Notes: a model not told the origin generated them from the sequence alone. A stretch of 63,621 nt of DNA, filler included, from Chiloscyllium plagiosum (GCF_004010195.1; 4 parts of one record of this genome joined end to end with filler, not necessarily neighbours in it), one strand, 5' to 3'; shown: positions 24,960 to 39,047, counted from the first letter of the whole stretch. Numbers and translations are program-made.

Positions 24960-26300
24960 GAGAGTCATTGAGTCAAACAGCACGGAAGCAGACTATTTGG
25001 TCCAACCAGTCTGACCATGTTCTCAAACTAAGCTAGTCCCACCTGCCTGCATTTGGCCCAAATTCCTCCAAACATTTTCTATTCATTTACTTATCTAAAT
25101 ATCTTTTAAACTTTGCTTCCGTACCTGCATCCACCACTTTCTGTGGTAGCTCAATCCGCAAATGAGCCTCTCTCCAGGTAAAATATTTGGCTCTCATGGT
25201 CTTTTCAGATCTTTGCCCTCTTACCTTAAAAATGTGTTCTCTAGTTTTGAATTCCCCCACTCCTGGGAAAAGACCTTTGACATTTATCTTATCTATGCCT
25301 CTTGTGATGTTATAAACCTCGATTCTGTCATTGCGCAACCTTTTAGGCTCCAGAGAACATTATATGTCTGTGTGCAAAGGTTGAGAGTTTGCATTTTTTG
25401 AGGAACAATAATGCATTCAACTACATGGAAGCATACAATCATACAGCATGGAGACAGACCCTTCAGCCACCATGTCAATGCCAAACTACATTTATCCTAT
25501 TTACCTGCACTTGATCCATAGCCCACTATCTTCTGGCATTTTAAATGCTCATCAGATGTTTCTTAAATGTTGAGAGAGTAGTTGCCTCCACCACTCTCTC
25601 AGACAGCACGTTCCATACATCTACCACCTTTTGGGTGAAAAAGTCTTGCCTCGGTTCCCCTTTAAACCATTTCCACCTCCCTTAAACATATGCTCTCTGA
25701 TCTTAGACAAAGGGAAAAGATTCTCACTATCTAACTTAAAACAATCCCTCCTTCTGCTTGACATAGCTGCTACATTTTATTGGATTTCAATAACATGTTG
25801 GGGAATACTGGGTTTAGTGAGGGACAGTACAGAAGGAAATCTGGATTAGTAAGGAAATGGTGTTGGCGAAGTTGATTGGATTCAAGGTCACTAAAACCAA
25901 ATACCTGATAATCTACATCCCAGAGTACTTAAGGAGATGGCCCTAGAAAAAATAGATGGTAGTTATCTTCCAAGATTCTTTAAAATTTAACAGTTCCTAC
26001 AATTTGGAGTAGAGCTAATGTGACCTCTCTATTTAAGAAGGAAAACAGAGAGAAAGCCAGGAATTATCGATAAGTCAGCCTGATGTTGGTAGTGGGGATC
26101 ATGCCAGAGTCCAAAGTAAAACAATTAATGGCTGACCATTGGAAAATAGAAAATAGAATTGAAAAGAGTCATCATAGATTTATGAAAAGGAAAATATACT
26201 TGACAAATCTACTATGATCCTTTGAGGATGTATCTAATAGGGTTGATGAAGTGGGGCAAGCGGATGTGATTTGTTTGGAACTTTGGATGCTTTTGATACA
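24960..26300. mobile_element. CR1 fragments: two minus-strand 3' ends (~24960-25360, ~25430-25750) and an old plus-strand RT piece (~25830-26300)
   Basis: DRIEVYNITRGIDK (ORF 25087..25338); aattatcgataagtcagcctg and tacttgacaaatctact remnants. Confidence 0.75.
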
Positions 26301-26304
26301 TAAG

Positions 26305-26725
26305 AGACAAGTTAGAATACTTTCTATGGTGCATCTGTAAAAGTTAGTGAGGGTCCTGATGGATTTGCTGAATTTCCTCAGCCTCCTGACAAAGAAGAAG
26401 CGTTGTTGTGCCTTTTTGACCGTCGTACCTACATGGGAGGTCCAGGACAGATTGTTGGTGATTGTCATTCCTAGGAACTTGACATTCTCGAACCTGTCTG
26501 CCTCAACTCTGTTGCATGTTCTCCTAATGTCCTCCTGAAGTCAATAATCAGTTCTTCAGTTTTGCTGACATTGAGAGAGAAATTGTTATCATTGTACCAT
26601 GACACGAAGCACTCTATCTCCTTCCTGTATTCTGACTCATGATTGTTTGATATCTGGCCAAGTGTTGTTGTCAGCAAACGTTCTGGATGGTGTCTGTACG
26701 AAATGTGGCTACACAGTCATGAATC
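26305..26725 (-). mobile_element. Rex1/Babar-like LINE RT C-terminal fragment
   Basis: FSLNVSKTEELIIDFRR; ITNNLSWTSHV...KKAQQRFFFVRRLRKF...TNFYRCTIESIL. Confidence 0.85.
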
Positions 26726-27844
26726 TTGCCGTGGAGCAAAATCACTGCCATAAATTTCTACAATCCTATATGCTGAGTCAAAATCCTGTATTCCACTCCC
26801 ACACAACATGATGCTTCCTGTGCTGCTTCAGGAAGGTGGTTGACTGGGTCTCTTATATAAGGTGGAATGGGCAATAAATGTTGGTCTTCCCAGCAATGCG
26901 ATATTCCCTTAACAGATAAAGTAAGTGCAGCTAAGTATTTATGTTGTTAACCATTATCCTTCAGCACAAATTGCACAACATATTTTAAAGTGTTTTAAGT
27001 TCAAGGTTGTGTTGAAGGGCTTGTAGCTTGAGTTGATTTCATTTGATTACAAAACAGAGCAAGGAATAAGTGCAATGGAGCTTTTAATCTTGTCGTCACA
27101 GGCATGCTTTTGGAACTGAGCTCCATTGATTGCAAGTCAGTAGAATCAATTTTCTGCGTTTTGTTTTCTTAAACGCACTCCTTTGTAAAATATCAATAAA
27201 CATCTAAAAGTAGAAGCTTCACTTAAACAAATAAACAGCTTTTCTTCTTCAGTATGCTGTTTGTCAGCGTTTGTTCCTCTTGGCTTGCTACTTCTAAAAG
27301 GTTTGAATGATCCAGGTGAAGTCTAAGCTGAGATGTTAGCATTTCACACAGCGTGACTAGATTGAATTTCAGACCACAATCACATTGTGTCTACTGAGTA
27401 GGATTCATCCACATCAAGGTTGTATACATGTCAAAGGAACAATTAAGTAAGATTGGAGGTTAGAGGAGCTCAGGGGAGTGAATCTCCAAATGTTTTCACC
27501 TGTTCCTTATGTCGTATAATGAAAGCAAAACCTGGGAGTGGGTAGTAATTTGAGTTTAGACTCTTCTGTTCTAATGTCTTACTCCCTCACCCTTAACCCA
27601 CTTCCAAGTCCCCCACTTTGAATTTGTGTACTGATTGTCAAATTGGAAACTGGAAACATCTAGGTGGGTAAGGTAGACCCATTCATTTGAATTCCAGGAT
27701 TTGTAAGTTGTGATCCAAATGCTGATTGTATGTGTTCAATTGCAATCACTCCACAAACCTTACAATCTTAAAACGTTGCAACCTTGCAATGTCCTATTGA
27801 GTAGGATGATTTCAAATGGATAAGCAGTTAGATATTTAAGTTAG

Positions 27845-28125
27845 AAGTCTGAGGATCCAAGTTCAAATCCAGCCGTGGCAGAATTTAATTCAGAAATGAA
27901 AAATAAATCTGGAAATAAGATGATGACCATGAATCCATTGACAATTGTCAGATAACCACATCTGATTCACTAATGTCCTTAAGGGAAGGAAACTGACATC
28001 CTGATCTGGTCTGCCTGACATGTGACTCCAGAACCACAGCAATGTTGTTGACTCTTAGCAGACCTCTGAGAATATAGGTATGGGCATAAAATGCTGGCCC
28101 AGCCAGCGATGCCCACATCCTATTA
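27845..28125 (+). mobile_element. Old tRNA-derived SINE (same family as the 23.6/24.5, 29.75 and 32.0 kb copies)
   Basis: B-box-like gttcaaatcc; shared core ttcactaatgtccttaagggaaggaaactg...cctgacatgtgactccaga. Confidence 0.7.
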
Positions 28126-28144
28126 TTGAACAAAACAAAGTTCT

Positions 28145-28865
28145 CTGGTCCAGGATACAAATGTTACAGGAAGGATAGAAAGGGAGGCAAGAGAGGAGGG
28201 GGAGTGGCATTTTTGATAAGGGATAGCATTACAGTTGTGCTGAGGGAGGATGTTCCCGGAAATACATCCAGGGAAGTTATTTGGGTGGAACTGAGAAATA
28301 AGAAAGGGATGATCACCTTATTGGGATTGTATTATAGACCCCCCCAATAGTCAGAGGGAAATTGAGAAACAAATTTGTAAGGAGATCTCAGCTATCTGTA
28401 AGAATAATAGGGTGGTTATGGTAGGGGATTCTAACTTTCCAAACATAGACTGGGACTGCCATAGTGTTAAGGGTTCAGATGGAGAGGAATTTGTTAAGTG
28501 TGTACAAGACAATTTTCTGATTCAGTATGTGGATGTACCGACGAGAGAAGGTGCAAAACTTGACCTACTCTTGGGAAATAAGGCAGGGCAGGTGACTGAG
28601 GTGCCAGTGGGGGAGCACTTTGNNNNNNNNNNNNNNNNNNNNNNNNNNNNNNNNNNNNNNNNNNNNTTAATTAATTAANNNNNNNNNNNNNNNNNNNNNN
28701 NNNNNNNNNNNNNNNNNNNNNNACAAGTCCATGAATAGGAAAGGTTTGGAGGGATATGGACCAAACACAGGCAAGTGGGACTAATTTAGTTTGGCAACAT
28801 GGTCGGTGTGGACAATATGGGCAAAAAGGTCTGTTTCCATGTTGTATGATTCTATAACTCTATGT
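28145..28865 (+). mobile_element. CR1 APE-endonuclease fragment and, across a gap, a CR1 3' tail
   Basis: GYKCYRKDRKGGKRGGGVA...LGLYYRPP; VGDSNFPNIDW...LDLLLGN. Confidence 0.9.
28623..28722. other. Assembly gap with artificial linker (44 N + TTAATTAATTAA + 44 N)
   Basis: Identical 100-bp construct at 46510-46609 and 59227-59326. Confidence 0.97.
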
Positions 28866-28984
28866 AGTAATATCACTGAGTAAATAATCCAGAACCAATT
28901 TGGGATGGTAAATAAATGTGGGCTTCGTCAATAATGTCTGCAATCCACGCAAGAATAAAAGCAAATCAATTGTTTCAGCTGGCT

Positions 28985-29275
28985 ATGAACAAGGGAAAGT
29001 AACTACCATAATCAGACACCCCTCCCACATCAGCAATACTCTCTTCCCCCCTCTTCTATTGGGGAGAAGTTTGAAATCACATACCGACAGAGTCAAGGAC
29101 AACTGTTATCAAGCTTCTGAATGGACCCCTCAGATACTAGACCTTTCTCTGCATCTTCTCTGTAGTTGTAATACTATATTCTGCATTCTGTTCTGATTTG
29201 TCAGGTTAGCGTGCAAAGTAATAGTTTTCACTGTATCTTGGTACATGTGACAATAATTAATCAAATCAAATCAAA
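28985..29275 (+). mobile_element. Rex/Babar-like LINE 3' end
   Basis: IIRHPSH...LFPPLLLGR; ttttcactgtatcttggtacatgtgacaataa and (aaatc)n tail; related minus-strand copy at ~43650-43810. Confidence 0.65.
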
Positions 29276-30329
29276 GATTCCTTTCTATTTGCAAAGACAG
29301 TACAGGGCAGTGATAGCAATGTGATTTCCATGTGACATTATTAGCCTACTCGTCAATGTATCATTCAAGGAAGCCATATACACCTGTGCTGCTATTTTTT
29401 AAAACTGAATTAAAATTCCAACATCTGCCCTGGTGGGAGTCAAACCCAGGTGTCCAGAGCATTATCTGGGTTTTTAGATTAATAGTGTAGTGTTAATACC
29501 ACTAGGCCATGTCCCCATTTGTATTCTATCATGGAAATCTAGACCCATCAACATTGGATGAATTTGTATTTGTTACAAACTCAATAACTCACACATTTGA
29601 ATTTGGTTTCAATTACACTGTGTATACCCCAAACAGAAGGGGCTACTATGGAATCCTCATTAGACCTGGTGCTTGCAAATATCTTTATTGGATTCCATGA
29701 GAAACATGACTTTATTGGAATGACACCTTGCATATTTTCAATTTGGACAGGGGAGGCAATGGCCTCGTGATGTTATCATTGCACTGTTAATCCCAAAAAC
29801 TCAGCTAATGCTTTTTTTAGGGGGGCGCGGGGGATCTCAGGTTCAAATCCTGCCATGGGCAAATGGTGGAATTTGAATTCAACAAAAATCTGAAATTAAG
29901 AGTCTAATGTGAAGTGGGCTCACAGTTTGACACACTGATGTGTTCTGAAAGCCACATATATTAACACCGAGGTTGTTTTTTTTTTAGATAAAGAAGTGTA
30001 CTATACCCTCTTTCAACTCTGCAGACATGTGGCAAATATTCACTTCACGATTAAATTTTCTAGAGTCCACTAATCAGAGTCCACTTGCCTGTTTCAAAAC
30101 TTGGCTATTCATTATCAATCAAAATTAACTGGTGTATTCTAATTGGCAACGTCTTTCCAGAGTCCACTTGCCAACCAATAAGCCAACCATCATGCAGGAA
30201 ACAATTCTTGCAAACTATCCTGATGAGTACAGGATGAAATCTTTGACTAAATTGTCTTTTTTTTAAAATCAACAATACTCAAATTATTTTCTACCAAATG
30301 TATATTTACATCCAGCTCAAACCAGAAGT

Positions 30330-31870
30330 GCTGACTATCTGATTCATCTTGGCCTCCTCTGAGATCCCAATTTTGCAGATTCCAGAACTCAGCTAATTTG
30401 ATTCACTCACTATTATATCAAGAAAAGGCTAAAGGCATTGGATGCTGCAAAGGTTATGGCTTCTCACATTAATTTGGCAATAGTACTGAAGAATACTGCC
30501 CGTCAACCGGTGGTTTAACTATCGCATCTTTCTGTGCAGCTACAACATTTCCATTTACCTAACAACGTAGAAAATTGCCCATGTATGTCCTGGCCACAAA
30601 ATGTAATGCAAAACCAACCCAGACAATATTTGTCATATCAGCAAAGTGATGGAAAGGGTCATCAACAGTGCTATCAAATCACATTTGCAAAACAAGTATC
30701 TGCTCAATGACACTCAGTTTGAGTTCCATTGTCGGCACATGGTCCTGACCTCTTCACAGTGTTTGTACAAACATGGAGGAAAGAGCTGAATTCCAGAGGT
30801 GAGGTGAGAGTAACCGCCCTTGACCATCAGGGCATTTGGCAGAATGTGTCATCAAACAGCCCATTCAATGGGAATTGGGGAAAACTCTCTACTAGTTGGA
30901 GTCATGCTTAGGATGAAGGAATATGGTTGTGGTTAGAGGTCAGTCATCTGCAGGACTTCCTTATGGTAATATTCGAGTTCCAACTATCTTCAGGTGTTTC
31001 AATGACCTACCCTTCATCTTGAAATCAAAAATCAGGAAGTTTAGTGATGATTGCAAAATGTTTGGCACCATTTGTGAATCCTCCGATGCTGAGGCAGTCT
31101 CTGTTATGCAGGATGACTTAGATAAAGCACAGGTTTGGGCTGAAAGGTGTTGAGTAATAGTCATGCCACACAAGCACCAGACAATGAGTATTTCCAATAG
31201 GAAATACTAACAGAGAACAAAACTATCACCCTTCAACATTCATTGGCTGCACCATCTCTGAATCCTGCACCATCAACCTTCTTGGGGTTACCATTAACCA
31301 CAAAGTGAACTGGATCATCCATTTGCATAATGTGGCTACAAGAGGAGGACACAGGCTGGAATTTTATGACAAGCAACTTAGCTCTCATCACACTAATGCC
31401 TGTCCACCATCTATAAGGCACAACTGAGGAGCATAATGAAATTCTCTCCACTTGCCAAGATGCAGCTTGAACAACACTAAAGAAACTTGACAATATCCAT
31501 GACTAAACATCCTCCTTTAGTGGCACAACATCCATGACCTTCAAAGTTCACTATATTCACCACTGATACACAGAGGCATAGTTTACCATTTACAAGGTGT
31601 ATTACAATAACACGCGAAGGATTCTTCAATAGCCCTTCCAAGCCCAGGATCTGGACCATCGAGAAGGGCAGCAGATGTGTTGGATCCCCATCACCTATAA
31701 TTTTCCTTTCACACCATACATTAATAAACTTGGAATTATATCACCTTTCCTGCATGGTCCTAAGTCAAATCCTGGAATTTTCTGCAAGTGAATGTATTTA
31801 TACCAAATGGATTACAGTGGCTCAAGAAGGCAGATCCACCACCACCTTCTACACTACATCCCATGAAATA
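30330..31870 (+). mobile_element. Old CR1/L2-like LINE (RT to 3' end), decayed
   Basis: PTIFRCFNDLP...KFSDDCKMF...MQDDLDKAQVWA; same family as 11150-11335, 40330-41600, 48600-49620 and 51930-52660. Confidence 0.75.
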
Positions 31871-32499
31871 ACTTTTAAAAGTGATATAACAAGTTGATAA
31901 TTACTTCTTGGTAAGCTATTCATCTTACAACTACACTGTCTAATAAAAAAAAGAGTATAAATGGGGGTTGCAGGGCATGTACAATAATGGATATATTTCT
32001 GGATTTATCATTTAGATGAATGAGTTCAATTCCAACCAGACCAGAGATGGAATTTAAACTCAGTCAGTTAAAGCATCCTGGAATTAAAAGCTAATGTCGG
32101 TAATGGTAAATATGAGACCATTCAATTATCAACAAGGCTAATCTAATGCTTTACCCTTACTTTTAGGAAAGGAAATCAGCCCTTTCCCAATCTTATGACC
32201 CAAGGCACACAGCAATGTGCTTTACTTATTGCTAAAACAGTATCATTTTATGGGATATGAGTGATGCTAAAAAATGCCAGCATTTATCATTCAGTCCTAA
32301 TTGCCCTTGGAACGGATTTAGCTTCCTAAGCCATTTCATAGGACATTGCTGTCGATGTGGAGTCACACATAGGTAAGAACAGATAAAAATGTCATTCTTT
32401 CTCCCCGAAAGGCATTAGACTAGAGACAGAGGAACAGAATTAGACCATTTAGCTGACTGTGTCTGCTCTGCCATTTTATAAGGGCTGATACGTTTCTCA

Positions 32500-35400
32500 A
32501 TCCCATTTTCTTTTATTTATTTAAGTGCATTGTTTGGTATTAGTTGAGTTAAAGCTAAGGTTACAATGGCAGCGGACCTCAGACCCGTAGCATGTGCCTC
32601 TTGCTTGTTGTGGGAGCTTAGGAACGTGTCTGACGTTCCTGTCTCTTACACTTGCAAGGAATGGGTCAGCTGCAGCTCTTGATTTACCGCATGACGGCTC
32701 TGGAGCTGCGGATGGACTCACTGTGGAGCATCTGCGATGCTGAGGAGGTCGTGGATAGCATGTTTAGTGAACTGGTAACACCGCAGGTTAGAATTGCTGA
32801 GGGAGACAGTACATGGGTGGCCAAAAGGCAGAGAAAGAGTAGGAAGGCAGTGTAGGTGTACCCTGCGGTCAGCTCCCTCCAAAACCGGTACACTGTTTTG
32901 GATACTATTGGGGGAGATGGCTCACCAGGGGAGGGCAGCAGTTGCCAAGATCATGGCACCGTGGTGGCTCTTCTGCACAGAAGGGTGGGCAAAAGACTCA
33001 TAGGGCCATAGTCAAAGGGGATTCTATTGTAAGGGGAGTAGATAGCCGGTTCTGTGGCTGAAAACAGGACTCCCAGATGGTATATTGCCTCCCAGGTGCT
33101 CGGATCAGGGACGTCACTGATTGGCTGCAGAGCATTCTGAAAGGGAAGGATGAACAGCCAGTTATCTTGGTGAATATAGACACCAATGATATAAGTAAAA
33201 AATGAGATGAGGTCCTGAAAGCAGAATTCAGACAGGTAGGAGAGAAGTTATCGAGGAGGAAAACAAACGTCGTGATCTCGGGATTGCTACCAGTTCCATG
33301 TGCTAGCCAGGGTAGAAATTAAAAAATAGGCAGGATCAACATGTGGCTTGAGGGATGGTGTAGGAGAGAGGGGTTCAGATTTGTGGGACTTTGGGGCTAG
33401 TTCTAGGAAGGTGGAGCTATTACAAATTGTGTGGTCTACACCTCAACCAGACTGGAATTAATGTCCTTGGGGGAGTTTTTGTTACTGCTGTTGGGGAGGG
33501 TTTAAACGAATGTGGCAGGGGGTTGGTAACCAGAAGAGAGGACTAGTAGACAGTGAGGTGGAAGCTAGAGACTGTAAGGAACAGGATTATGAAGTTAGCA
33601 TGAAGTAGGCAGAGAGCAGATGAACACAAAGGAACTGATGGCCTGAAGTATATCTGCTTTAATGCAAGTATAGTGGGTAAGGCAGATGAACTTAGGGTTT
33701 GGATTGGTGCCTGGGGGTATGATGTTATTGCGACCACAGAGACTTGGTTGAAGGAAGGGCATGATTGGCAACTAAGTGTTGCAGGATATAGATGCTTCAG
33801 ACAGGACAGGGAGGGAAGTAAAAGGAGGGAAAGGAGTTGCATTGGTGGTCAGGGATGATATCACGGCTGTGCTAAATGAGGACACAATGGAGGGCTTGAG
33901 CAGTGAGGCATTATGAGTAGAGCTGAGAAACAAAAAGGGTGCAGTTACATTGTTGGGGCTGTATTACAGACTTCCCAACAGTGAACATGAGGTAGAAGAA
34001 CAAATAGGTAAACAGATTATGGAAAGATGTAGAGACAACAGGGAGGTGGTGCTGGGAGATTTTAATTTTTCCAACATTGACTGGGATACACTTAGTGTCA
34101 GAGGTCTGGATGGAGCAGAATTTGTAAGGTGTGTCCAGGAAAGTTTTCTAGAGCAGTATGTCAATGGTCCAACTGGGGAAGGGGCCATATTGGACCTAAT
34201 GTTAGGGAATCAGCCAGGCCAGGTGGTAGAAGTTGCAGTGGGGGATTTCTTTTGGAATAGTGCCCGCAATTTTGTAAGTTTTAGAATATTCGTAGACAAA
34301 GATGAGAGTGGTCCGAAGGGAAGAGTACTAAACTGGGCCAAGGCCAATTAGATCAAAATTCGGCAGGAGCTGAGAAATGTGGATTGGGGGCAGCTATTTG
34401 AAGGGAAGTTGACATTTGATATGTGGGAGGCTTTCAAAGATAGGTTGAAGATCGTGCAGGATAGGCATGGCCCTTTGAAAACAGGGGATAGGAAAAGCAA
34501 GATTCGTGAACCGTGGATGACAGGAGAAATTGTGCGATGAGCCAAGAAGGAAAGGGAAGCATAATTAAAGTCCAGTCAGCTAAGGCATTTGACGAATATT
34601 GGGAGAGTAGGACCAATCTTAAACGAGGAATCAAGTGGGCTAAAAGGGGTTATGAAATAACTTTGGCAAGCAGAATTAAGTAGAATCCCAAGGCTTTATA
34701 GATATATAAGAAGGAAGAGGGTAAGTAGAGAAAGGTTTGGTCCACTAAAGGATAAGGAAGGAAGGTTGTATGTCGACCTGAGAAAATGGGTGAGATTTTC
34801 AATGATTACTTTGCATCAGTGTTCACTGAGGAGAGGGACATGATGAATGTTGAGATGAGAGATAGAAGTTTGTTTACTCTGGATCACATTAACATAAGGA
34901 GGGAGGATGTATTTGGTAGGCTAAAGGATAGTAAGATGGACAAATCCCCGGGACCTGATGGGATCTTTCCTAGGTTACTGAGGGAGGCATGAGAGGAAAA
35001 AGCTGGCACCCTGACAGATATCTTTGTAACATCCTTAAGTACAGGTGAAATGCCGGAGGACTGGAGAGCTGCTAATGCTATCCCCCTGTTCAAGAAAGGT
35101 AGTAGGGATATTACAGGTAACTACAGAGCAGTGAGCCTGACATCAGTAGTGGGAGAGTTGCTGGAGAAGGTACTGAGGGATAGGATCTATTTATATTTGG
35201 AAGAGAATGGGCTTATCAGTGATCGGCAACATGGTTTTGTGCAGGGGAGATTGAGCCTCACCAACTTAATAGAGTTCTTTGAGGAAGTGACCAAGTTCCA
35301 AGTTGAAAGATGAAGGAAGGGTTGTAGATGTAATGTACATTGACTTTCGTAAGATGTTTGATAAGGTTCCCCATGGTAAACTAATGGAGAAAGTGAAGTC

Positions 35401-36482
35401 ACATGGTGTGCAGTGTCTTCTAGCTCGGTGGATAAAGAACTGGTTGAGCAACAGGAGACAGAGAGTAATACTTGAAGGGAGTTTCTCAAAATGGAGAAAG
35501 GTGACCAATGATCCATAGTGATCTGTTCTGGGGCCACTGTTGTTTGTGATATACATAAATGATCTGGAAGAGGGCACTGTTGGTATGATCAGCAAGTTTG
35601 CTGAGGACATGAAGATTGGTGGAGTAGCAGAAAGCATAGGGGACTGTCAAAGAATACAGGAGAATATAGATAGACTGGAGAGTCAAGTGGAGAAGTGGCA
35701 GATGGAGTTCAATCTGGGCAAATGTGAGGTGATGCATTTTGGAAGGTCTAATTCTAGAGAGAGCTATACTGCAAATGGAAGAGCTTGGGAAAAGTTGATG
35801 AGCAGAGAGATCTGGGAATTCAGGTCTATTGTACCCTGAAGATGGCTGCACAGGTGGGTAGAGTGGTCAAGAAGACATATAGTATGCTTGCCTTCATCAG
35901 ATGGGGTATTGAGTATAATAGCTGGCAGGTCATCTTAAAATTATACAAGACTTTTGTTCGGCCTCATTTAGAATACTGTGTACAGTTCTGGTCGCCACAT
36001 TACCAAAAGGATGTGGGCGCTTCGGAGAGAGTGCAGAGAAGGTTTACGAGAATGTGTCTGGTATGGAAGATGCTAGCTATGAAGAGAGGTTGAGTAGGTG
36101 GGGATTGTTTTCATTAGGAAAAAGGAGATGGGGGGGATCTGATTGAGGTCTACAAAATCATGAAGGGTATGGACAGGGTGGATAGAGATAAGCATTTTCC
36201 CAGGGTGAAGGATTCAATAACGAGAGGTCACTCATTCAAGGTGAGAGGAGAAACGTTTAAGGGGGATACACGTGGAACGTACCTTACACAGACAGTGGTA
36301 GGTGCCTGGAACACGTTGCCAGCAGACGTAGTTGAGGCAGGCACAGTAGATTCATTTAAGGTCCATCTAGACAGATGCATGAGTAGGTGGGGAGCAGAGA
36401 GATACAGTTCCTGAGGAATTGGGCGATAGGTTTAGACAGAAGGCCCTGTTCCTGGGCTGTAAATGTCTTTGTTCTTTGTTCT
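32500..36482 (+). mobile_element. Near-full-length CR1 LINE, inactivated (ORF1 ~32566-33510; ORF2 APE+RT ~33640-36414)
   Basis: ORF1 MAADLRPVACASC...GDSIVRG...; ORF2 NASIVGKADEL, YDVIATTETW, GDFNFSNIDW, KSPGPDGI, QHGFVQGR, KFAEDMK, RPHLEYCVQFWSP; multiple stops and frameshifts. Confidence 0.95.
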
Positions 36483-37023
36483 GCTGCCTTCTGTCTGTAA
36501 ATATTGATCTCCTTACTAAGCAAGAACCTATCTACTTCTACTAAAGCAAATATGAAGAGAGGTTGAGTAGGTGGGGATTGTTTTCATTAGAAAAAAGGAG
36601 ATGGGGGGGATCTGATTGAGGTCTACAAAATCATGAAGGGTATGGACAGGGTGGATAGAGATAAGCATTTTCCCAGAGTGAAGGATTCAATAACGAGAGG
36701 TCATTCATTCAAGGTGAGAGGAGAAACGTTTAAGGGGGATACACATGGAACGTACCTTACACAGACAGTGGTAGGTGCCTGGAACACGTTGCCAGCAGAG
36801 GTAGTTGAGGCAGGCATGGTAGATTCATTTAAGGTCCATCTAGACAGATGCATGAGTAGATGGGGAGCAAAGAGATACAGCTCCTGAGGAATTGGGCGAT
36901 AGGTTTAGACAGAAGGCCCTGTTCCTGGGCTGTAAATGTCTTTGTTCTTTGTTCTGCTGCCTTCTGTCTGTAAACATTGATCTCCTTACTAAGCAAGGAC
37001 CTATCTACTTCTACTAAAGCAAA
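36078..37023 (+). repeat. Tandem duplication of ~474 bp (CR1 3' end plus ~70 bp unique flank)
   Basis: 36078-36550 repeated at 36552-37023; near-identical ORFs 36160..36414 and 36633..36887. Confidence 0.95.
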
Positions 37024-37469
37024 TGGGTTTTATTGAAACCAATGATAGTTGCCATGGTCATTATCACTGCAACTAGCTGCATATTCCAGCTTTATTAATT
37101 GAATTGAAATTCCACCAATCGCCCTGGTGGAATTTAAATCCATTTCACCAGACAATTTGCCTGGGCGTCAGGATGAGTGGTCACGTGATACAACTCCAAT
37201 CTGCCGAGTTCCCGTCTGTCCTCGAAAATGGCTTAGCTTGGTGTGTCTCACATAGAAAATAATTGAATGATTGCACATGTTAAAGATTTAGAGAAATAAA
37301 TCTTTTGAAGATATATGAAACAGATTTAACATTAGCTTAAAGATTGCAATGGAGAGAAGAAAGGTTCTTGTATTTAAAAAGTACTGCAACTTGCAGATTC
37401 TTTATATGCTGGAGACAACAAATTATTAACAGCCAATAATTATTTCTGAAGAACAGTCACTATTGTTTT

Positions 37470-37701
37470 CGATGCAAAATACAACAACAACAACAAAATA
37501 AATGACATCCTCAGTGCTTGGGAGCCTCCTGTGAAGCGCTTCTGTGGTGTTTCCTCTGGCATTTATAGTGGCCTGTCCCTGCCGCCGATGCAAAATACAA
37601 CAACAACAACAAAATAAATGACATCCTCAGTACTTGAGAGCCTCCTGTGAAGCGCTTCTGTGGTGTTTCCTCTGGCATTTATAGTGGCCTGTCCCTGCCG
37701 C
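37470..37701. repeat. 116-bp tandem duplication across the PLE left junction
   Basis: cgatgcaaaatacaac...gtccctgccgc at 37470-37585 and 37586-37701. Confidence 0.92.
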
Positions 37702-38285
37702 TTCCGGTTGTCAGTTTCAGCTGTCCGCTGTAGTGGCCGGTATATTGGGTCCAGGTCAATGTGTTTGTTGCTCACCAATAGGATAAACAACACACTGATG
37801 AACCTACAAAAAAACGGACAGATAACCAGGTCGGACCTACAAAGCATGAAACCTGAAAGCAACAACACCCCCAGATTCTATGGACTACCTAAAGTGCACA
37901 AACCAGACATCCCACTCAGACCCATAGTATCACTACCAGGGACACCATCACACAAACTGGCTAAAGAACTACAGCAGAAACTGAAACACCTGATCAGCAG
38001 ATCCAGACACTCTATACAATCAACACAGGAATTCTTGGACATCATCAGAAATATACACATAGACAAGGAAGAAAACCATGGTCTCATTCGACGTAACGGC
38101 ACTGTTCACGTCTATTGACAAAGCCCTAGCCAGAGAAACAATAGCCAACCTGCTGAACAGACACAACAGAACGTTGAACTCATCAACAAAGACGGCATAC
38201 TTAAACTACTGGACCTGTGCCTCACAACACACTTCACATTAAACAACCAAATATATGAACAAATCAACGGCACACCCATGGGCTC

Positions 38286-38660
38286 NNNNNNNNNNNNNNN
38301 NNNNNNNNNNNNNNNNNNNNNNNNNNNNNNNNNNNNNNNNNNNNNNNNNNNNNNNNNNNNNNNNNNNNNNNNNNNNNNNNNNNNNNNNNNNNNNNNNNNN
38401 NNNNNNNNNNNNNNNNNNNNNNNNNNNNNNNNNNNNNNNNNNNNNNNNNNNNNNNNNNNNNNNNNNNNNNNNNNNNNNNNNNNNNNNNNNNNNNNNNNNN
38501 NNNNNNNNNNNNNNNNNNNNNNNNNNNNNNNNNNNNNNNNNNNNNNNNNNNNNNNNNNNNNNNNNNNNNNNNNNNNNNNNNNNNNNNNNNNNNNNNNNNN
38601 NNNNNNNNNNNNNNNNNNNNNNNNNNNNNNNNNNNNNNNNNNNNNNNNNNNNNNNNNNNN
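38286..38660. other. Assembly gap (375 N)
   Basis: Run of N inside the PLE. Confidence 0.99.
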
Positions 38661-39007
38661 CTATATAGGACAAACAGGTAGACAGCTAACGATCCGCATC
38701 CACGAACATCAACTAGCCACGAAACGACACGACCAGCTATCCCTAGTAGTCACACACGCAGACGACAAGCAACATGAATTTGACTGGTACAACACTACCA
38801 TTATAGGGCAAGTGAAACAAAGAACAGCCAGGGAATTCCTAGAAGCATGGCACTCATCCACAAACTCCATCAACAAACACATAGACCTGGACCCAAAATA
38901 CCGACCACTACTGCGGACAGCTGAAACTGACAACCGGAAGCGGCAGGGACAGGCCACTATAAATGCCGGAGGAAACACCACAGAAGCGCTTCACAGGAGG
39001 CTCCCAA

Positions 39008-39047
39008 GCACTGAGGATGTCACCTAGACAGGGGACAAAACGTTTGC
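39008..39047 (+). ncRNA. Minimal hammerhead-like motif in the PLE pseudo-LTR, probably inactivated
   Basis: gca-CUGAGGA-u-guc a ccu agac agg g gac-AAAA-cg-UU-ugc; the GAAA core reads AAAA. Confidence 0.6.

Noticed and set aside
28667..28678. TTAATTAATTAA palindrome recurring three times (also 46554-46565 and 59271-59282)
   Set aside because: Always centred in exactly 44+44 N; an artificial six-frame-stop scaffolding linker.
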